IMG/VR virus record: IMGVR_UViG_3300036876_000121
Span: 1 to 25,940 of that record
Strand: one strand, 5' to 3'
Source of the DNA: a virus
Lineage: Duplodnaviria; Caudoviricetes
Length of the DNA: 25,940 bases
Below the pieces are notes generated by a model. It did not search any database and was not told the origin of the DNA. It saw only the letters and a list, made by a program, of their open reading frames with translations. The position numbers were made by a program, and so were the translations under genes. Of the stretch, positions 25,436-25,940 are shown in pieces; position 1 is the stretch's first letter; each line of letters begins with the position of its first letter.

Positions 25436-25726
25436 ATGGTAATAATAATGAAAGATTATAGTCATTTTCCCCCCTTTAACTACTTTATAAGGGTTTTAAA
25501 AAGCTGTCCTAAGTCAGCTCTACTCTATATCCAAATTTGGAAAAACAAAGGCAAATACAACAACATTATTGCCGACAAAAAGGATATCCGGAAGGACTAT
25601 CTCATGTCGCCTACCATGTTTCGGAATTTGCTTTCTCCCCTGGCGTTTCTTAATCTAATTCAATTTGTTGAATCAGGTGAAAAATATCAAATAGAAATCC
25701 TAGGGACTAAGACAAATGACTTATGA
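25436..25726 (+). CDS. Hypothetical protein, possibly winged-helix
   Basis: 96 aa with SD GGAGG. 'ALLYIQIW...DIRKDYLMSPTMFRNLLSPLAFLNLIQF' has a wHTH-like spacing. Confidence 0.6.
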   Translation: MVIIMKDYSHFPPFNYFIRVLKSCPKSALLYIQIWKNKGKYNNIIADKKDIRKDYLMSPTMFRNLLSPLAFLNLIQFVESGEKYQIEILGTKTNDL

Positions 25727-25773
25727 AAAAGTCTATTGCTTAGGGTTTTATAGATGTGCTAACGTCGTAAATG

Positions 25774-25807
25774 AAAAAGCCTCGACGGGTAATCGAGGCT
25801 TTATTTT
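25774..25807. terminator. Bidirectional terminator-like hairpin in the leader of the last gene
   Basis: AAAGCCTCGA-CGGGTAA-TCGAGGCTTT perfect stem (25776-25802), with an A-tract on the left and TTTATTTT on the right. Confidence 0.7.
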
Positions 25808-25849
25808 GATTCTGGGAGAATCGCTATGAGAGTCATGGAGACTATAATC

Positions 25850-25878
25850 ATCATAGCATTCTCTCTAAAACCTCGCAA
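25850..25878 (-). promoter_or_regulatory. Antisense sigma70-type promoter
   Basis: - strand: TTGCGA (25878-25873)-17 nt-TATGAT (25855-25850), with extended TGnTATGAT. Confidence 0.55.
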
Positions 25879-25895
25879 TATTTTTATGGAGAGTT

Positions 25896-25940
25896 ATGGC
25901 TGATAGATTTCTTAAACTTATTCCTTCAGATGAAACTCGT
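25896..25940 (+). CDS. 5' end of a gene truncated by the window edge (MADRFLKLIPSDETR...), possibly a replication initiator
   Basis: SD GGAG then ATG 25896, open to the end of the window. Function inferred only from its position downstream of cro. Confidence 0.45.
   Translation, partial: MADRFLKLIPSDETR

Overview
The window is a contiguous segment of a tailed, podovirus-like dsDNA phage or prophage. The + strand virion module (1592-21978) runs: probable scaffold, major capsid protein, head accessory proteins, head-tail adaptor, tail nozzle, three ejection-type proteins, and a repeat-built tail fibre. A - strand recombination operon (YqaJ exonuclease plus RecT/Bet-like annealase), a Cro-like regulator and the start of a probable replication gene follow. 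The main signal is the major capsid gene, which is split by a compact 216-nt ORF-less group I intron (2725-2940). Its P1, P3, P7, P10, U.G splice-site wobble and terminal G can all be read from the sequence, and splicing restores a 315-aa protein. An oppositely oriented cassette (HTH regulator, RtcB RNA ligase, 27-aa hydrophobic peptide) sits inside the structural module. Candidate regulatory RNAs include an antisense RNA in the leader of the putative replication gene and a tandem structured motif upstream of the scaffold gene. No terminase, portal, integrase, CI repressor, endolysin, tRNA or CRISPR array was recognised. All protein calls come from motif recognition and synteny, not database searches.
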